From Acholeplasma sp. (GTDB taxonomy: Bacteria; Bacillota_I; Bacilli_A; Acholeplasmatales; UBA5453): a DNA stretch of 64,000 nucleotides. This document shows, one piece after another, positions 41,086 to 53,390 of this stretch; the stretch's first letter is position 1; each line of letters begins with the position of its first letter. The stretch is taken from contig JAVBWN010000031.1 of the NCBI GenBank assembly GCA_036677365.1, positions 1 to 64,000 on the forward strand, read 5' to 3'. The notes below the pieces were generated by a model. It ran no database searches. It saw only the letters and a list, made by a program, of their open reading frames with translations, and was not told the origin of the DNA. Position numbers and translations under genes: made by a program.

Positions 41086-42372
41086 TTAATTTTGTTTCGG
41101 GAATATGATGCGCGTGCTAAATTCACTTTTATTCTGTTTGAATTCAACCATCCCACCATACTTTTGAACAATGTGTTTAACGCTGATTGCCCCTGTGCCA
41201 CCACCGGTTTTTGTGGTGATTGGTAACCCATCGGTAAACTCAACGAAACCTTCCATGCTATTGACAATTTCTATGAGGATACTCTCGTTTTCAAGGCAAG
41301 ATTTATACGTGATGTAGCGGTCATCGAACATGCAGTTTTTGGCAGCGATGAATGCATTTTCCAATAGATTGGATAATACAACACCGAGATCAGGGAGTTG
41401 ATTATTCAATAAATGGTCTGCTTCAGATTGAACCTTGAATACGATGTGATATTCTTTGGACCGTCTGTCATATATCCTGAATACCGCATTCGCAATCGGG
41501 TTTTTGGAGTAATCTTTGATGCTGTGTTCTTTGATATTATCATCATATAACTTCAGATAGTGCAGTGCACTTTCGACCTCACCACGATTTAAATACTCAA
41601 GCAAAATCGAATTGTGATGTCTGATGTCGTGTCGGGTTTGTTTGGCCGCATTCAATGTTGATTCATACGATTCAATCTCACTTCTTAGAAGCAATTCATT
41701 GGCCTGGCGTTTGATGTTTTCTTCTCTAAACTGATATTTTGTTCTTAAACTCTTCAAAGAAAAAATGATTGCACTATACTCGAGTAATGTAATCAAACAT
41801 AGCAAATAAAAATAGATCATATTGGCTTGCATTGAACTTTGAATTTCACCGAGTGACAACAAAATGTAGAGATAACTGATTAAAATGCCGGTGATTGGGA
41901 GTAAAAATGCCCCCCAGTTCTCAGAGACATCTAAATACAAGGGTCGAATGATTTTCTTAACTATCACGATGGTAATGGAGAAAAACAAGATTCTAATGAT
42001 GGTATTTACATAAGCTGGGTATGGAAAAACCCTAGAAATAAAATAACTCGAAATAACGACCATCGCGTAAATGATGAGTACAGTAACACTATTAAAAAGC
42101 CATTGATAGAGCCGATCCTTGAGTATAAACTGATAACCAAAGATAATCATTAAATACGAGAATAATGAATAATACAGTACAAATGTATAGTTTTTTGTGT
42201 AATAAAAAGGGATACAAATCATTAAATCAACGACAACCACAGACAATACAATCCACGCATGTGTCTTTGGACTGATTTTTGTTTTTGACAAGATTGGTAA
42301 TAAAAGTAAGATACTGATGGCTGTGATGCTACCCCGCAAGAGGTCTGGAAAAATCTCTAGAAATATCGTCAT
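41086..42372 (-). CDS. GHKL sensor histidine kinase (AgrC/VirS-like)
   Basis: About 6 TM helices, RHDIRHH, NLLENAFIA, TTKTGGGTG. Confidence 0.9.
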   Translation of the reverse strand: MTIFLEIFPDLLRGSITAISILLLLPILSKTKISPKTHAWIVLSVVVVDLMICIPFYYTKNYTFVLYYSLFSYLMIIFGYQFILKDRLYQWLFNSVTVLIIYAMVVISSYFISRVFPYPAYVNTIIRILFFSITIVIVKKIIRPLYLDVSENWGAFLLPITGILISYLYILLSLGEIQSSMQANMIYFYLLCLITLLEYSAIIFSLKSLRTKYQFREENIKRQANELLLRSEIESYESTLNAAKQTRHDIRHHNSILLEYLNRGEVESALHYLKLYDDNIKEHSIKDYSKNPIANAVFRIYDRRSKEYHIVFKVQSEADHLLNNQLPDLGVVLSNLLENAFIAAKNCMFDDRYITYKSCLENESILIEIVNSMEGFVEFTDGLPITTKTGGGTGAISVKHIVQKYGGMVEFKQNKSEFSTRIIFPKQN

Positions 42373-43097
42373 TGTCGCCCCTTAAACATATAATCAAAAT
42401 AGGTTTGTTTTATAGAATTGAACGTTCTTCGTGGAATGGGTATATGGATACCACGCTTCAGCACGATACAGTCATTTTGGATTGAAGCGATGGCATGTTG
42501 ATTTACGATAAAGCCTTTATAGGGTCGGATGAATTGCTCCGGTGACACTTGATTGAGTCGATTAAAAAGTTCAGTTAACGTTTGGACAGTTTCGATAGGC
42601 GCACCATCAAAGCGAAAAACAAATTGATGGTGTGCATTGGACTCGATATGACTGATACTATCCAAGTCAATGGTTTGAACGACCCCTTTTGTACCTTTGA
42701 ATTGAATCACCTTTTTCTGACTTCGATCCATATTTGAAAGAGCGCGGTTCATGGCTTCGATAAAGACATCTTGCTTAAATGGTTTCAAGAGATAGTGCGT
42801 CGCTTTGACTTCAAATGCATCGACTGCGAATTCATTGGATGTGGTTAGGAAAATAATTTCTGTTTTATCTTGTTTCATTCGAATTTCTCTCGCGATGTCC
42901 GTGCCCAATACGCCAGGCATAACGATATCTAGGAGAACCATATCGTACTTTTTTTTATCATAGGCATCGAGAAAATCGAATGCATGATGAAATGTCTCAA
43001 TGTCAACCATTAAGTTTTTTGATTGAAAATATTCAATTGTCGCTTTCTTGATGATTTCAACTTCTTGAGTTAAATCATCGCATATGGCTATTCTCAT
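42369..43097 (-). CDS. LytTR family response regulator
   Basis: IAICDD, LLDIVMP, YLLKP receiver domain; C-terminal FIRPYKGFIVN. Confidence 0.92.
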   Translation of the reverse strand: MRIAICDDLTQEVEIIKKATIEYFQSKNLMVDIETFHHAFDFLDAYDKKKYDMVLLDIVMPGVLGTDIAREIRMKQDKTEIIFLTTSNEFAVDAFEVKATHYLLKPFKQDVFIEAMNRALSNMDRSQKKVIQFKGTKGVVQTIDLDSISHIESNAHHQFVFRFDGAPIETVQTLTELFNRLNQVSPEQFIRPYKGFIVNQHAIASIQNDCIVLKRGIHIPIPRRTFNSIKQTYFDYMFKGRQ

Positions 43098-43555
43098 TCA
43101 ATACCATCTTTCTAAAAATGATCACTTCAATTATACTATGTAATGGTTGTTTTATTTCACAATTTCATCATTGAATCCTAATATTATACGGATTTGATGA
43201 TGATTATTTCATGAATGTCTATCGAATGTATTCAACCAAAATCATGGTGCTTACAAACAGTCTTTTTTCGCCTTCAAATGCCTTTTCCCATTTTAAAAAG
43301 GTCCGATACGCATTGTATCAGACCTGAGAATTATGGGTGATTTTAGTGAAGACGAAACCATCTATACTAGATACCCATACTGCTTTTGAAGTATGTTTGA
43401 TGATTTTGACAACCATTCACCGAAATGATATCGATCAAAAAAGACTGATTTGGTCATTCATCCATTCGATCCGATCCGTTAAAAATACTACTAAGAATTG
43501 AACTTGTTTTCGAAAATATTCTATGTAGAGTAACTGAAACACTTCATGCACCAAA

Positions 43556-44017
43556 CTAAACTTGGATGTCGCGGATATCATCTACGATAATCCAATCATC
43601 CATATTCTTTTCTCTTCTATAGTGAAAAGGTTCGATGGGTTCTAATTGATGAATTTCGATGAGACATAGATATTTCTTGCCTGCCCATCTGATCAACTGA
43701 TGAGGGGCAAGCTTCAATTCATTTTGATATTTTTCAACAAAAGCAATCGACTCGGTTTCTGTCATTGAATTGGTTTCGATGACTTGCTTTACAAGAGCTC
43801 GATGGGTGATGAGTAAATCACTACCTGTTTCAACAAAATATAGGATATCATCTTGTTTAACACGTCCACCAAGCGGGACTTTTTTCCCGGCTGCACCTCG
43901 GATAATCATCGTTTTTTGATGATCTATCATTTTTTGAAGTTCTTTCGCTTTTTTGTCGAGATAAACGACATGATCTGCATGATTGTCTCGTTTTTGATAC
44001 CAAGTTGATTGTGACAT
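43556..44017 (-). CDS. Hypothetical protein, possible ASCH/PUA-like fold
   Basis: KTMIIRG...VKQDDILYF pattern; AAGGAG RBS before ATG at 44017. Confidence 0.55.
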   Translation of the reverse strand: MSQSTWYQKRDNHADHVVYLDKKAKELQKMIDHQKTMIIRGAAGKKVPLGGRVKQDDILYFVETGSDLLITHRALVKQVIETNSMTETESIAFVEKYQNELKLAPHQLIRWAGKKYLCLIEIHQLEPIEPFHYRREKNMDDWIIVDDIRDIQV

Positions 44018-44286
44018 AGGCAACTCCTTTACATTATTCTTATTCCGATGAGGTAAATAATTGTTTGATTAGAGTCAATCTTCTATTTATACTACAACGT
44101 TTGTTTGAATATTTTATACTTATGAAAACTAGCAAACCAACAAAATATCTACACTTTTGTTGATACATTATAGTGTATCGTATGAAGATTTCATTTTTAA
44201 TTGATAGGTAGATTTTGCTAGATGTGATGGAAAATGTTGAGCCCTATTGATCAGGATCAGTTATCCTACTGGATAAAACAAACGGA

Positions 44287-44637
44287 CTAATTAGAAGATT
44301 TTTTTTTATTCTTTTTCTTCTTCTCAGTATTCTTTCTCATTGGAAAGGTTGTGTAAATAAATCCCCCATCGAAGAACTTGTAATGCGTTAGCCCATGTTT
44401 ATCTTCATATTGTCCTATCTTATGTGAAATGAATACTAAAAGCATAATCCCAGGACCGACAATAAAGGCAATCCAAACATATTCTAATGAATGAGTTTCA
44501 ATAAAGATCACTGCACTTATCGCAAAAATCAGTACAATTGTTGTTAGCCAAAAGAACACTCTAATTCTTTTTTTAATGAACCAATAAAGATTAAATACAA
44601 TTTGAATAAACGATTTTGGTTTATTATTTTTATTCAT
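44287..44637 (-). CDS. Hypothetical 2-TM membrane protein
   Basis: ORF with AAGGA RBS and two hydrophobic segments. Confidence 0.6.
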   Translation of the reverse strand: MNKNNKPKSFIQIVFNLYWFIKKRIRVFFWLTTIVLIFAISAVIFIETHSLEYVWIAFIVGPGIMLLVFISHKIGQYEDKHGLTHYKFFDGGFIYTTFPMRKNTEKKKKNKKKSSN

Positions 44638-44659
44638 ATGTTAGTTTCCTTTTCCATAT

Positions 44660-45067
44660 TTATTTTCTGTGAAATTTATTTATTTCATCTATCACTTTAG
44701 AAATGATATCACTAGAAGACATTCCATCGGTCGATATCGTATCGTTAATACTATCAAGCATCATGATATTTTCACCGTCTTGCGTACCAACAGTCGTGTA
44801 CATCCCTTTTTTCCCACCATTGATTGTTTGAATCATCACTTCATAATACTGATCTTTCTCCACATAATCAAAATCAATATAGAGATGATACCTATGCATC
44901 AATTCAACCATTTCAATGTCCAATTCATTGAACAAAATGTACATCGCCTCAAACGTCGCGTTTTTGTCTTTGTTCAATTCCAATTTTTCCCGAAAATATG
45001 TTCTATGTGCTTCTTTTGTTTTAGCGATTGTTGCTTCATTGTTCTTCTTTTTGAAAATATTAAACAA
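44660..45067 (-). CDS. Hypothetical protein
   Basis: 135-aa ORF, TTG start, AAGGAAGG RBS. Confidence 0.6.
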   Translation of the reverse strand: MFNIFKKKNNEATIAKTKEAHRTYFREKLELNKDKNATFEAMYILFNELDIEMVELMHRYHLYIDFDYVEKDQYYEVMIQTINGGKKGMYTTVGTQDGENIMMLDSINDTISTDGMSSSDIISKVIDEINKFHRK

Positions 45068-45097
45068 TTCTAATACACCTTCCTTTTAGCGGAGAAT

Positions 45098-45436
45098 TTA
45101 CCACGCTCTATATTCTTCAGTAATATCGTAATCAAATGAAAAACCCAATCTTGTAGAGACTGATTCAATATAAGTATATATGTCTTCTCTCTCCATGGTT
45201 TCGATTAATCCATAATTGGCTTTTTCATTTATCTTATTAATGGAAATGACGAGGTCTTTTACCAAACTGAGATACTCTGCTTCGGACTTCACCTTGGATG
45301 CGTTTGAATCAAATGCATACAATTCATCGGTCAACTGTTTAATGACCTTTTTGGTTTTCTTATCTAACTGATTAGCCAATTTTTGATAATCAACAATACT
45401 TGCAATAATTTGATCTATTTCTACAATGCTCTTCAT
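45098..45436 (-). CDS. Hypothetical helical protein (IETxERE...DITEExRxW motif)
   Basis: 112-aa ORF with RBS and TATAAT upstream. Confidence 0.65.
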   Translation of the reverse strand: MKSIVEIDQIIASIVDYQKLANQLDKKTKKVIKQLTDELYAFDSNASKVKSEAEYLSLVKDLVISINKINEKANYGLIETMEREDIYTYIESVSTRLGFSFDYDITEEYRAW

Positions 45437-45953
45437 AAAAAAACCTTCCTTCTTTAAAAAGTGTATACTTCATTATAACTCAATATACGCTAACAATAAA
45501 TAGTTAGTGAATGATTTATCTCTCAATTAAAGTTTTACTACTGTTTATTAGCCAATAGACTATTTTATATATATGCAAAATATAAAATCAAATACTTAAG
45601 GTTTTGTTATAACGCCGATGTATTTCATATAGATTCAGTTCTAAAATAACGCTCCACGCTAGTCCAGAATTAACTGTAACTGTAGGCGCTAGTAAACGTG
45701 AGATGAAACGTAGTACACTCTACCAGATTTATAACATCAGTTTGAAAAGCGCTTTAGGATAGAGTAGAGAAGCTGTATATATAGGATACAGTTTAAAAAG
45801 TGAAAGATAATTTTCGATAACAAAGATACGAATGAGTTACACTGGTAGATTTGTTAACAAAGACTGGTTTGATGTGGATGTTATTAGAATGAACGATAAA
45901 AAGATATAAAAAAACCTCCTTATCATCAAAAAAGAGGTTTCTATGGGTATTTA

Positions 45954-46349
45954 TCAATCTTTTCGTTTCATGTAGAATACTTCAAATTGGTGTAGATCTA
46001 GGTCTTTAAATGAACGATAATAAACCCATTCATCATCCGATGCTTTTTCGGTCTCTATCCCACCATTTTTTAAAACTTTGTTCATGAATTTATCAACATG
46101 CTCAATACTTTTCATTTCAATACTGATGAATGAATTATGAACATCCTTTTGAGCAAGCTTTAACTTGGGATGAAACGATTGAAAATGTGATTTTTCTAAG
46201 ACCATTAAGTAAGTGTTCCTATTAAACTCTACACAAAATCCTTGTTCGTTTGAGTACGCATCTTTAATTTTTAAACCAATTTTAGTAAAAAAGTTTCTTG
46301 AAGCAGGCACATTATCGGTATATAAATGTGTATATGTTTTTACTTTCAT
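45954..46349 (-). CDS. VOC/glyoxalase family protein
   Basis: SRNFFTKIG, YYRSFKDLDLHQFEV. Confidence 0.8.
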   Translation of the reverse strand: MKVKTYTHLYTDNVPASRNFFTKIGLKIKDAYSNEQGFCVEFNRNTYLMVLEKSHFQSFHPKLKLAQKDVHNSFISIEMKSIEHVDKFMNKVLKNGGIETEKASDDEWVYYRSFKDLDLHQFEVFYMKRKD

Positions 46350-46536
46350 CCTATCACATCCTTTTTACTAATTATATCATATTGGAAAAAAATGATGCCA
46401 ATGTGCATCAGCTATAAACTGTTGAACTTTACTGGATTTAAATTCCAATAATTATCCATGAATCCAAAATTACTCAGTTGGAGTTTTATATATACTATCG
46501 TAACTAGGATTCTTAATCGTGATACCTACGATTATT

Positions 46537-47850
46537 TGAATTGATACCATTTTCTTGTACTTTATGTTCTTTGTAGTTATTATATCATTTGTTGATTCAT
46601 TAACCTATATTGTATTGGTGAATAACCACCTAGAGTTAATTTTATACTATCGTGATTATACCAATAGATATACTCATCAATTGTTCTTATGAAATCAGAT
46701 AATGATTTAACCTTTTGTAAATATATGGTCTCGCATTTAAGTGTCCCGAAGAAACTTTCAACCACTGACATTTATATGCATTACCTTTAGCACTCATGGA
46801 TTGCACAAATGATGATTTCTTAAGGTAATTACGATATTTAGGTGATTGGTATAGAATACCTTGATCAGAGTGTATGAGAAGCTTTGATAAGTCTTCATTT
46901 GGGTTGATGGCTTTCTTAAGAGTTTTTAGAATCAAGTCTTGATTTTGACTCCTAGAGATTTGGTATGCTTTGACTTCATCATTGTAAAGATCTTGTACCA
47001 CAGATAAATATAAACGCTTACGATTGAATCTAAACTCTGATACATCTGTGACCCATGCGATATTAGGTTCATCTTTTTTAAAGTCTCTTTTAAGTAGATT
47101 GGGTGTAATTTTGTTTGATATTTGAGAGATATAGCGATATCTCTTTTTTCTTACCTTACAAACGATATGTAACCCTTTCATGAGCCTTACGACAGTCTTA
47201 TAGGCTATTTTAATCTGATAGAAGTTTTGAAGGGCGAGTTTGATACGTCTATAGCCATATTTTTTGTTACTAGACTCAAAGATTTCTGAAATAAGTATCT
47301 TAATATCATGATATATATCAGTCTCATTATGCTGTTCATAATAATAGTAAACAGACTTTGGAAGTCTTGATATGAGAAGTAGATCTTTTAATACATATTT
47401 TCGCCTTAGTTCCTTGACTACTTGGTATTTTTGTTTGTTTGTTCCTGTTTTTGAACTAAGACTATAAGTTTTTTTGTATTCAAGCTCCATTTCTAGGTGT
47501 TTAACTTTGAGTTCTAAATCCTGTTCTACCTCTTTGGATGGCTTATGGAATTGTCTCGATGGATTCTTTCGATAGTCTTTAGGTGTTTGAAAGAAACGCT
47601 CTTTCCCATAGAGTCTATACTGATAAACCCATCTTGCAGGCAATGTATCATTTAGACTCCCAGATGATAAAATACATATCATATTTGCGTGCTGCTTGAC
47701 TGTAAGATAGTTCATTATCAATAATATCTAAAACCACTTTTAATTTGAACTCTAAACTCTATAATCTATTATTTTTCTTTTTATCTTTCATGCGATACCC
47801 CTTGCATATACTTGTATAATATCAAAGTACAACTTTTTGGTATCAGTTCA
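46537..47850 (-). mobile_element. IS3-family element (IS150-like), decayed
   Basis: Terminal IRs TGAATTGATACC...TTGTACTTT / TGAACTGATACC...TTGTACTTT; no clear target duplication. Confidence 0.85.
46580..47790 (-). pseudogene. IS3 transposase orfA/orfB with premature stop and frameshifts
   Basis: YGYRRI, WVTDVSE, HSDQG motifs; orfA stops after MKDKKKNNRL; ESFFGTLK segment shifts frame near 46770. Confidence 0.85.
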
Positions 47851-48148
47851 GTTACAAGACCTATTTTTATATAATTAGGTACCTTTGATAAAATTTTACG
47901 CACGCTTGCATAAATTTACTCACCCTCTATTTTATGGCTTAACAATGATTCAACTGCTAAAAATAACTGTTAAAAATATACTATACAGTCTGACACTCGG
48001 GAGTGCATGAAACAACTAAAGAGAGTTCCAATACTTTAAATCATTTCATTAACACAAAATTCTTGACACTACCAAGGTGAGAAATGATTAAAAATATAGG
48101 GTATCTACACATCGATACCCTAAATCATTCATTTAATTACAATTTATT

Positions 48149-49774
<1,626 letters not shown>

Positions 49775-49784
49775 TTAAGATAAT

Positions 49785-50045
49785 TTATTTTTCTAAAATA
49801 GCAAGAATGTTTTTTGATTGAACAAGTAGATATTCTGTTTGTTCAATCTTGACTTTAGTACCAGCATAAGATTGATAAATAACTTCGTCCTCTGCCTTGA
49901 TATTCTCAACTTTAGGACCTACTGAAATCACTTTACCAATCGCTGGTCTGTCTTTGTCTTCAGTGGCAAGAATGATACCACTCGCTGTGGTTTTCTCTTC
50001 TTTTTTCACTGAAAGAACGACATAGTCTTCTAATGGTCTAATCAC
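49785..50045 (-). CDS. groS: Co-chaperonin GroES
   Basis: IRPLEDYVV, KTTASGIIL; GTG start with GGAGG RBS. Confidence 0.95.
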   Translation of the reverse strand: MIRPLEDYVVLSVKKEEKTTASGIILATEDKDRPAIGKVISVGPKVENIKAEDEVIYQSYAGTKVKIEQTEYLLVQSKNILAILEK

Positions 50046-50061
50046 AATAATCCCTCCATTT

Positions 50062-50126
50062 CTGGCACTCGTTTATGTGTTGTGCCAATCCGATTTTTAT
50101 TATACTCAAATGAAAAAAGTTGTCAA
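50062..50126 (-). promoter_or_regulatory. groESL promoter with degenerate CIRCE (HrcA operator)
   Basis: TTGACA-N16-TATAAT (50126-50099); CTGGCACTC-N9-TTGTGCCAA at 50062-50088 versus consensus TTAGCACTC-N9-GAGTGCTAA. Confidence 0.75.
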
Positions 50127-50508
50127 GTGTTGAATGTTAAAAAATGATGATTTTATTTGGCTATTCATTATTTTATAATACTCTTTTTATAATATGATAA
50201 AATAAGAGTTTTTGTCTTTCTGCTGTATAAAGCGGCAGCAATATTTGGAGCTTCTTTTTCTTAGCTTCACTAATTGATGATCATGATTGTCACTCATAGA
50301 AAAAACGACTCAAATCAATTAAGAGTTGGGTCGCTTGAATCGATTGATTTTACTGCCAATACTATCATTTAAAAATCGCAACTCGTGACCAAGATATGAT
50401 CTTATGCCACTAAAATACTCTCGTGTACATTATTTATGACTTTAATCATAACGTCTATTTTATCAGTGAAAAGTCCAACGACATCAAAATCACTAAATGG
50501 TGACTTAT

Positions 50509-50585
50509 CAAATCGTGTAGATTTTTTAGCACCCCCTCTTCATATCGTGTAGAAATCTTAGCAGCCCTCACTTAAATCGTGTAAA
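50509..50585. repeat. Cluster 1 of 32-bp direct repeats (AWATCGTGTA...TTAGCACCC)
   Basis: Units start at 50509, 50541, 50573 (last one partial). Confidence 0.85.
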
Positions 50586-50898
50586 CCTGGTGTTGTTGCT
50601 GCAAGTTGCTTGTTAGTTTCAGCTTCCCTAAATTGACACGACTGTGCTACGAAACGTGAAAATCGACTAATAATTGGCATTTTTTTGATGTTTAGGCTAA
50701 ATTTAGGCACAAAAAATGGCCTGATTAATTATGGCTATCTAAAGGGTGGGTTGAGTGACCTATTTTAATACAATTGGTATAGGTCAAATATCTACACCAT
50801 AAATGTATATTAAAAGCGCTACAGTCCAAATTTACTGGATGTAGCGCTTGTTTTATAACGAGAGTTGAATCCCCATCACGGCGGAAAATGGCGGATTA

Positions 50899-52449
50899 TT
50901 ATGAGTTCTTGAATCTTTTTATGATGTCCGGATGATAAGGTAATAGTGTTTCAATTGGAGAAGATTGAATGTTGTCTAGTACATATTCTAAGTACGGACT
51001 CACGTTAATGTCATTGATGCGAGCGGTTCTGATGATTGAAAATATCTCTGTAGTATATCTAGCACCTGTATACGAACCAGAGGTCATAAAGACTTTACGA
51101 TTTAATACGAAAGGTTTTACTGCCCGTTCAGCGATGTTATTCGATATCTCGACATAACCAGAATCCATATAAGTGAATAGTTCCGACCATACTTTCTTAG
51201 TATAGTTAATCGCCCCTTCAATCGCTGAATTTGGTTTAAAGTGCGTATTAAAAACCAAAGCTTCTAGCTCTTTATGAATGGCTGGATGGGTCTGTTTACG
51301 TGCCTTTTCTATCTCGCTAGGCAGTAGCTTTTTCCTTTTGTATTCCGCCTCAAGATGAAATAATCTACCAATAACCTCGATGATTTTCGCAGCGTAAGAG
51401 TCCTTCATATCAGATTCAGGTACACTTTTAATAATATCCATAAATCTTCTGCGGACATGCGCGAAACACCTTTGAAGATTAATGTTAGGATTATCTTTTT
51501 TCAGTTTTGTGTAACCAGCGTAATCATCACAGACAATTGTTCCCCGATAATCTTTTAACCAAGCTGCTGTTCGATCAATCGCGCGTGATTCATGAAAATC
51601 ATATATCGAGATTTGTTCATCGTAGTAACTTGAGGTATAGACATAAACGTAACTTTTCTTTCGTTGTTTGTCTTCATCTGGCCTTTTACTAATCGATAGT
51701 GTGGTTTCATCCGCGTGGATCACACCGGCTTGATTAGATAATAAATCAGATTTCATATGGCTATAAAGTGGCGTAAGCACAGTCGCCATTTTAGCCATAT
51801 AATTCGCTAAGTTTTGTTTGGATATCTCGATATCAAGGGTATCTTTGATATGTCTAGAAAGATGTTCAAAAGGAATCCCTAGTTCGTACTTATGATAGCC
51901 TACATAGGATAAAAAGGAGTGACTTACAATACTCCCAGGAAAAAGTGCGTTTGAAACAGGATAATAGAGTTTATTATCTGTTTTATTACAGTGTGCACAT
52001 TTACAGCTCTTCTTAATAATCTTAACTACTTTCAAAGTCGCTGGAATAGATTCAATCACGTATCTTACCTTTTGAGACGCTAGTACTAAATCATCTCCAC
52101 AGGTAGGACAAGCAGACTCATTCGGTTCTTCATATCTGGTTTCTACGACATGACGTTCAAAATCAAATTTAGAGAAGTGATCGCTTTTAGGTTTACGGAT
52201 TTTAGTTTCTTTCAAGATAGATTCGGTTTCGTTAATGATTACCGGGTTACTTACTTCAGTTTTAGGTACGAAACGTCTCAATCTTTCGATGGTATATTTT
52301 TCTTTAACGGTTTCCTTTTGTTTTAAAACTTCGTTCAATTGCGAATTCAACTCAAAAATAAGGCGATGATTTCGCTCTTGTTCTTCGAGTAATGCTTGAT
52401 TTTGTTTCGTCAATCTTTCGATTTCAGCGAGGGCTTTTTTTAGGTTCAT
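50899..52449 (-). CDS. tnpC: IS66 transposase TnpC
   Basis: Leucine-zipper N-terminus, CPTCG...CKCAHC, HADETT, CFAHVRRRF, ISNNIAERAVK. Confidence 0.92.
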   Translation of the reverse strand: MNLKKALAEIERLTKQNQALLEEQERNHRLIFELNSQLNEVLKQKETVKEKYTIERLRRFVPKTEVSNPVIINETESILKETKIRKPKSDHFSKFDFERHVVETRYEEPNESACPTCGDDLVLASQKVRYVIESIPATLKVVKIIKKSCKCAHCNKTDNKLYYPVSNALFPGSIVSHSFLSYVGYHKYELGIPFEHLSRHIKDTLDIEISKQNLANYMAKMATVLTPLYSHMKSDLLSNQAGVIHADETTLSISKRPDEDKQRKKSYVYVYTSSYYDEQISIYDFHESRAIDRTAAWLKDYRGTIVCDDYAGYTKLKKDNPNINLQRCFAHVRRRFMDIIKSVPESDMKDSYAAKIIEVIGRLFHLEAEYKRKKLLPSEIEKARKQTHPAIHKELEALVFNTHFKPNSAIEGAINYTKKVWSELFTYMDSGYVEISNNIAERAVKPFVLNRKVFMTSGSYTGARYTTEIFSIIRTARINDINVSPYLEYVLDNIQSSPIETLLPYHPDIIKRFKNS

Positions 52450-52502
52450 ACAATGATTATACCATAAGTAAATATTTTTACTATATATATAGTAAACACA
52501 TT

Positions 52503-52838
52503 CTAAAACGCGATTTCTCGTTTACGATCTTCAATCACCCTTAATCCTTTTAATATCGCCTCTAAATCTTTCGCTTGATATCCGCCACTTTCGATTCTTT
52601 CTGGCCATTTAAACTTCGTGAAATTAATCTTATTGATGAGTAGCCAACTGCCGTACTCATCTTCATAGTATATTTTCAATGTCTTTCGATCTCTTGAACA
52701 AAACACAAATAATGTGTTGAGTATTTCTATCGGTGAGAAGTTACAGGATAGGAGTATCTGGAATCTGTTCATACCTGCTCTCATATCTATCTCTTTTGTG
52801 TAGAAGTAAATCTGTTTGACTCTCCTATAATCGATCAT
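52503..52838 (-). CDS. tnpB: IS66 accessory protein TnpB
   Basis: IDMRAG, LFVFCSRDRKTLKI, FKWP. Confidence 0.9.
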   Translation of the reverse strand: MIDYRRVKQIYFYTKEIDMRAGMNRFQILLSCNFSPIEILNTLFVFCSRDRKTLKIYYEDEYGSWLLINKINFTKFKWPERIESGGYQAKDLEAILKGLRVIEDRKREIAF

Positions 52839-53196
52839 AAATTCTATCCAATATCGCTAGTGTCTGTTCTAGGGAAGTTGTCAGCTTTAATCCTTTTAAC
52901 TCAATCACCACGATTGAATGATCAAACCGGGTGAAATGGGCTGATTTACGCTTTATCTCTTCACTCTTTAACATATTAACTCTAACATTGTTTTCCTCGT
53001 ATACTTTCCCAGGCTCATCATCTAATTCTGGAAGTCTTACAAAGTCACCTTGAAGGTGATTGTACGCCCTTACCCAATCTCTAAATGTACCTCGTTTTAA
53101 ATCATTAACTTTACAAAATTCTGTCGTGTTTAATCCTGACATCCGATATTTTTTTACCAGGTCTAGCCTTTCTCGATCGGTTAGTGTTTTTCTCAT
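52825..53196 (-). CDS. tnpA: IS66 TnpA-like HTH protein
   Basis: SGLNTTEFC...TFRDW HTH; first gene of the element. Confidence 0.8.
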   Translation of the reverse strand: MRKTLTDRERLDLVKKYRMSGLNTTEFCKVNDLKRGTFRDWVRAYNHLQGDFVRLPELDDEPGKVYEENNVRVNMLKSEEIKRKSAHFTRFDHSIVVIELKGLKLTTSLEQTLAILDRIYDRL

Positions 53197-53390
53197 ATTC
53201 GTTCTCCTTTTCCTTAAGGATACAAAATAACACTCTGTTTTATTAGAGTGTTATTATTTGACGTCTACTACAATTGCGCTCAAAAACAACTCTTGAAAGT
53301 GTGAAAAAGCCCATATTAAAGCAAAAAAAGGCCTGATTATTGAATCAGACCTATTCTAGTCAGATGTCTGTGGTTATGAGGTTTAATACA

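Larger units (their letters stand above)
50777..53268 (-). mobile_element. IS66-family insertion sequence, apparently intact
   Basis: IRs GTATAGGTCAAATATCTACAC / GTAGACGTCAAATAATAACAC; 8-bp target duplication TACAATTG at 50769-50776 and 53269-53276; tnpA-tnpB-tnpC order. Confidence 0.95.

Noticed and set aside
44669..45073. 134-aa plus-strand ORF and other antisense ORFs of 60-107 aa across the window
   Set aside because: Shadow frames of better-supported genes, without RBS or recognisable motifs
45600..45900. Possible decayed gene on the plus strand
   Set aside because: Interrupted frames with no motif I can assign
47700..47790. Programmed -1 frameshift making the IS3 functional
   Set aside because: An early stop in orfA and a frameshift before the catalytic Glu region indicate decay
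52503..52838. TnpB as an RNA-guided nuclease
   Set aside because: IS66 TnpB is a 111-aa accessory protein unrelated to IS200/IS605 TnpB; no RuvC motifs
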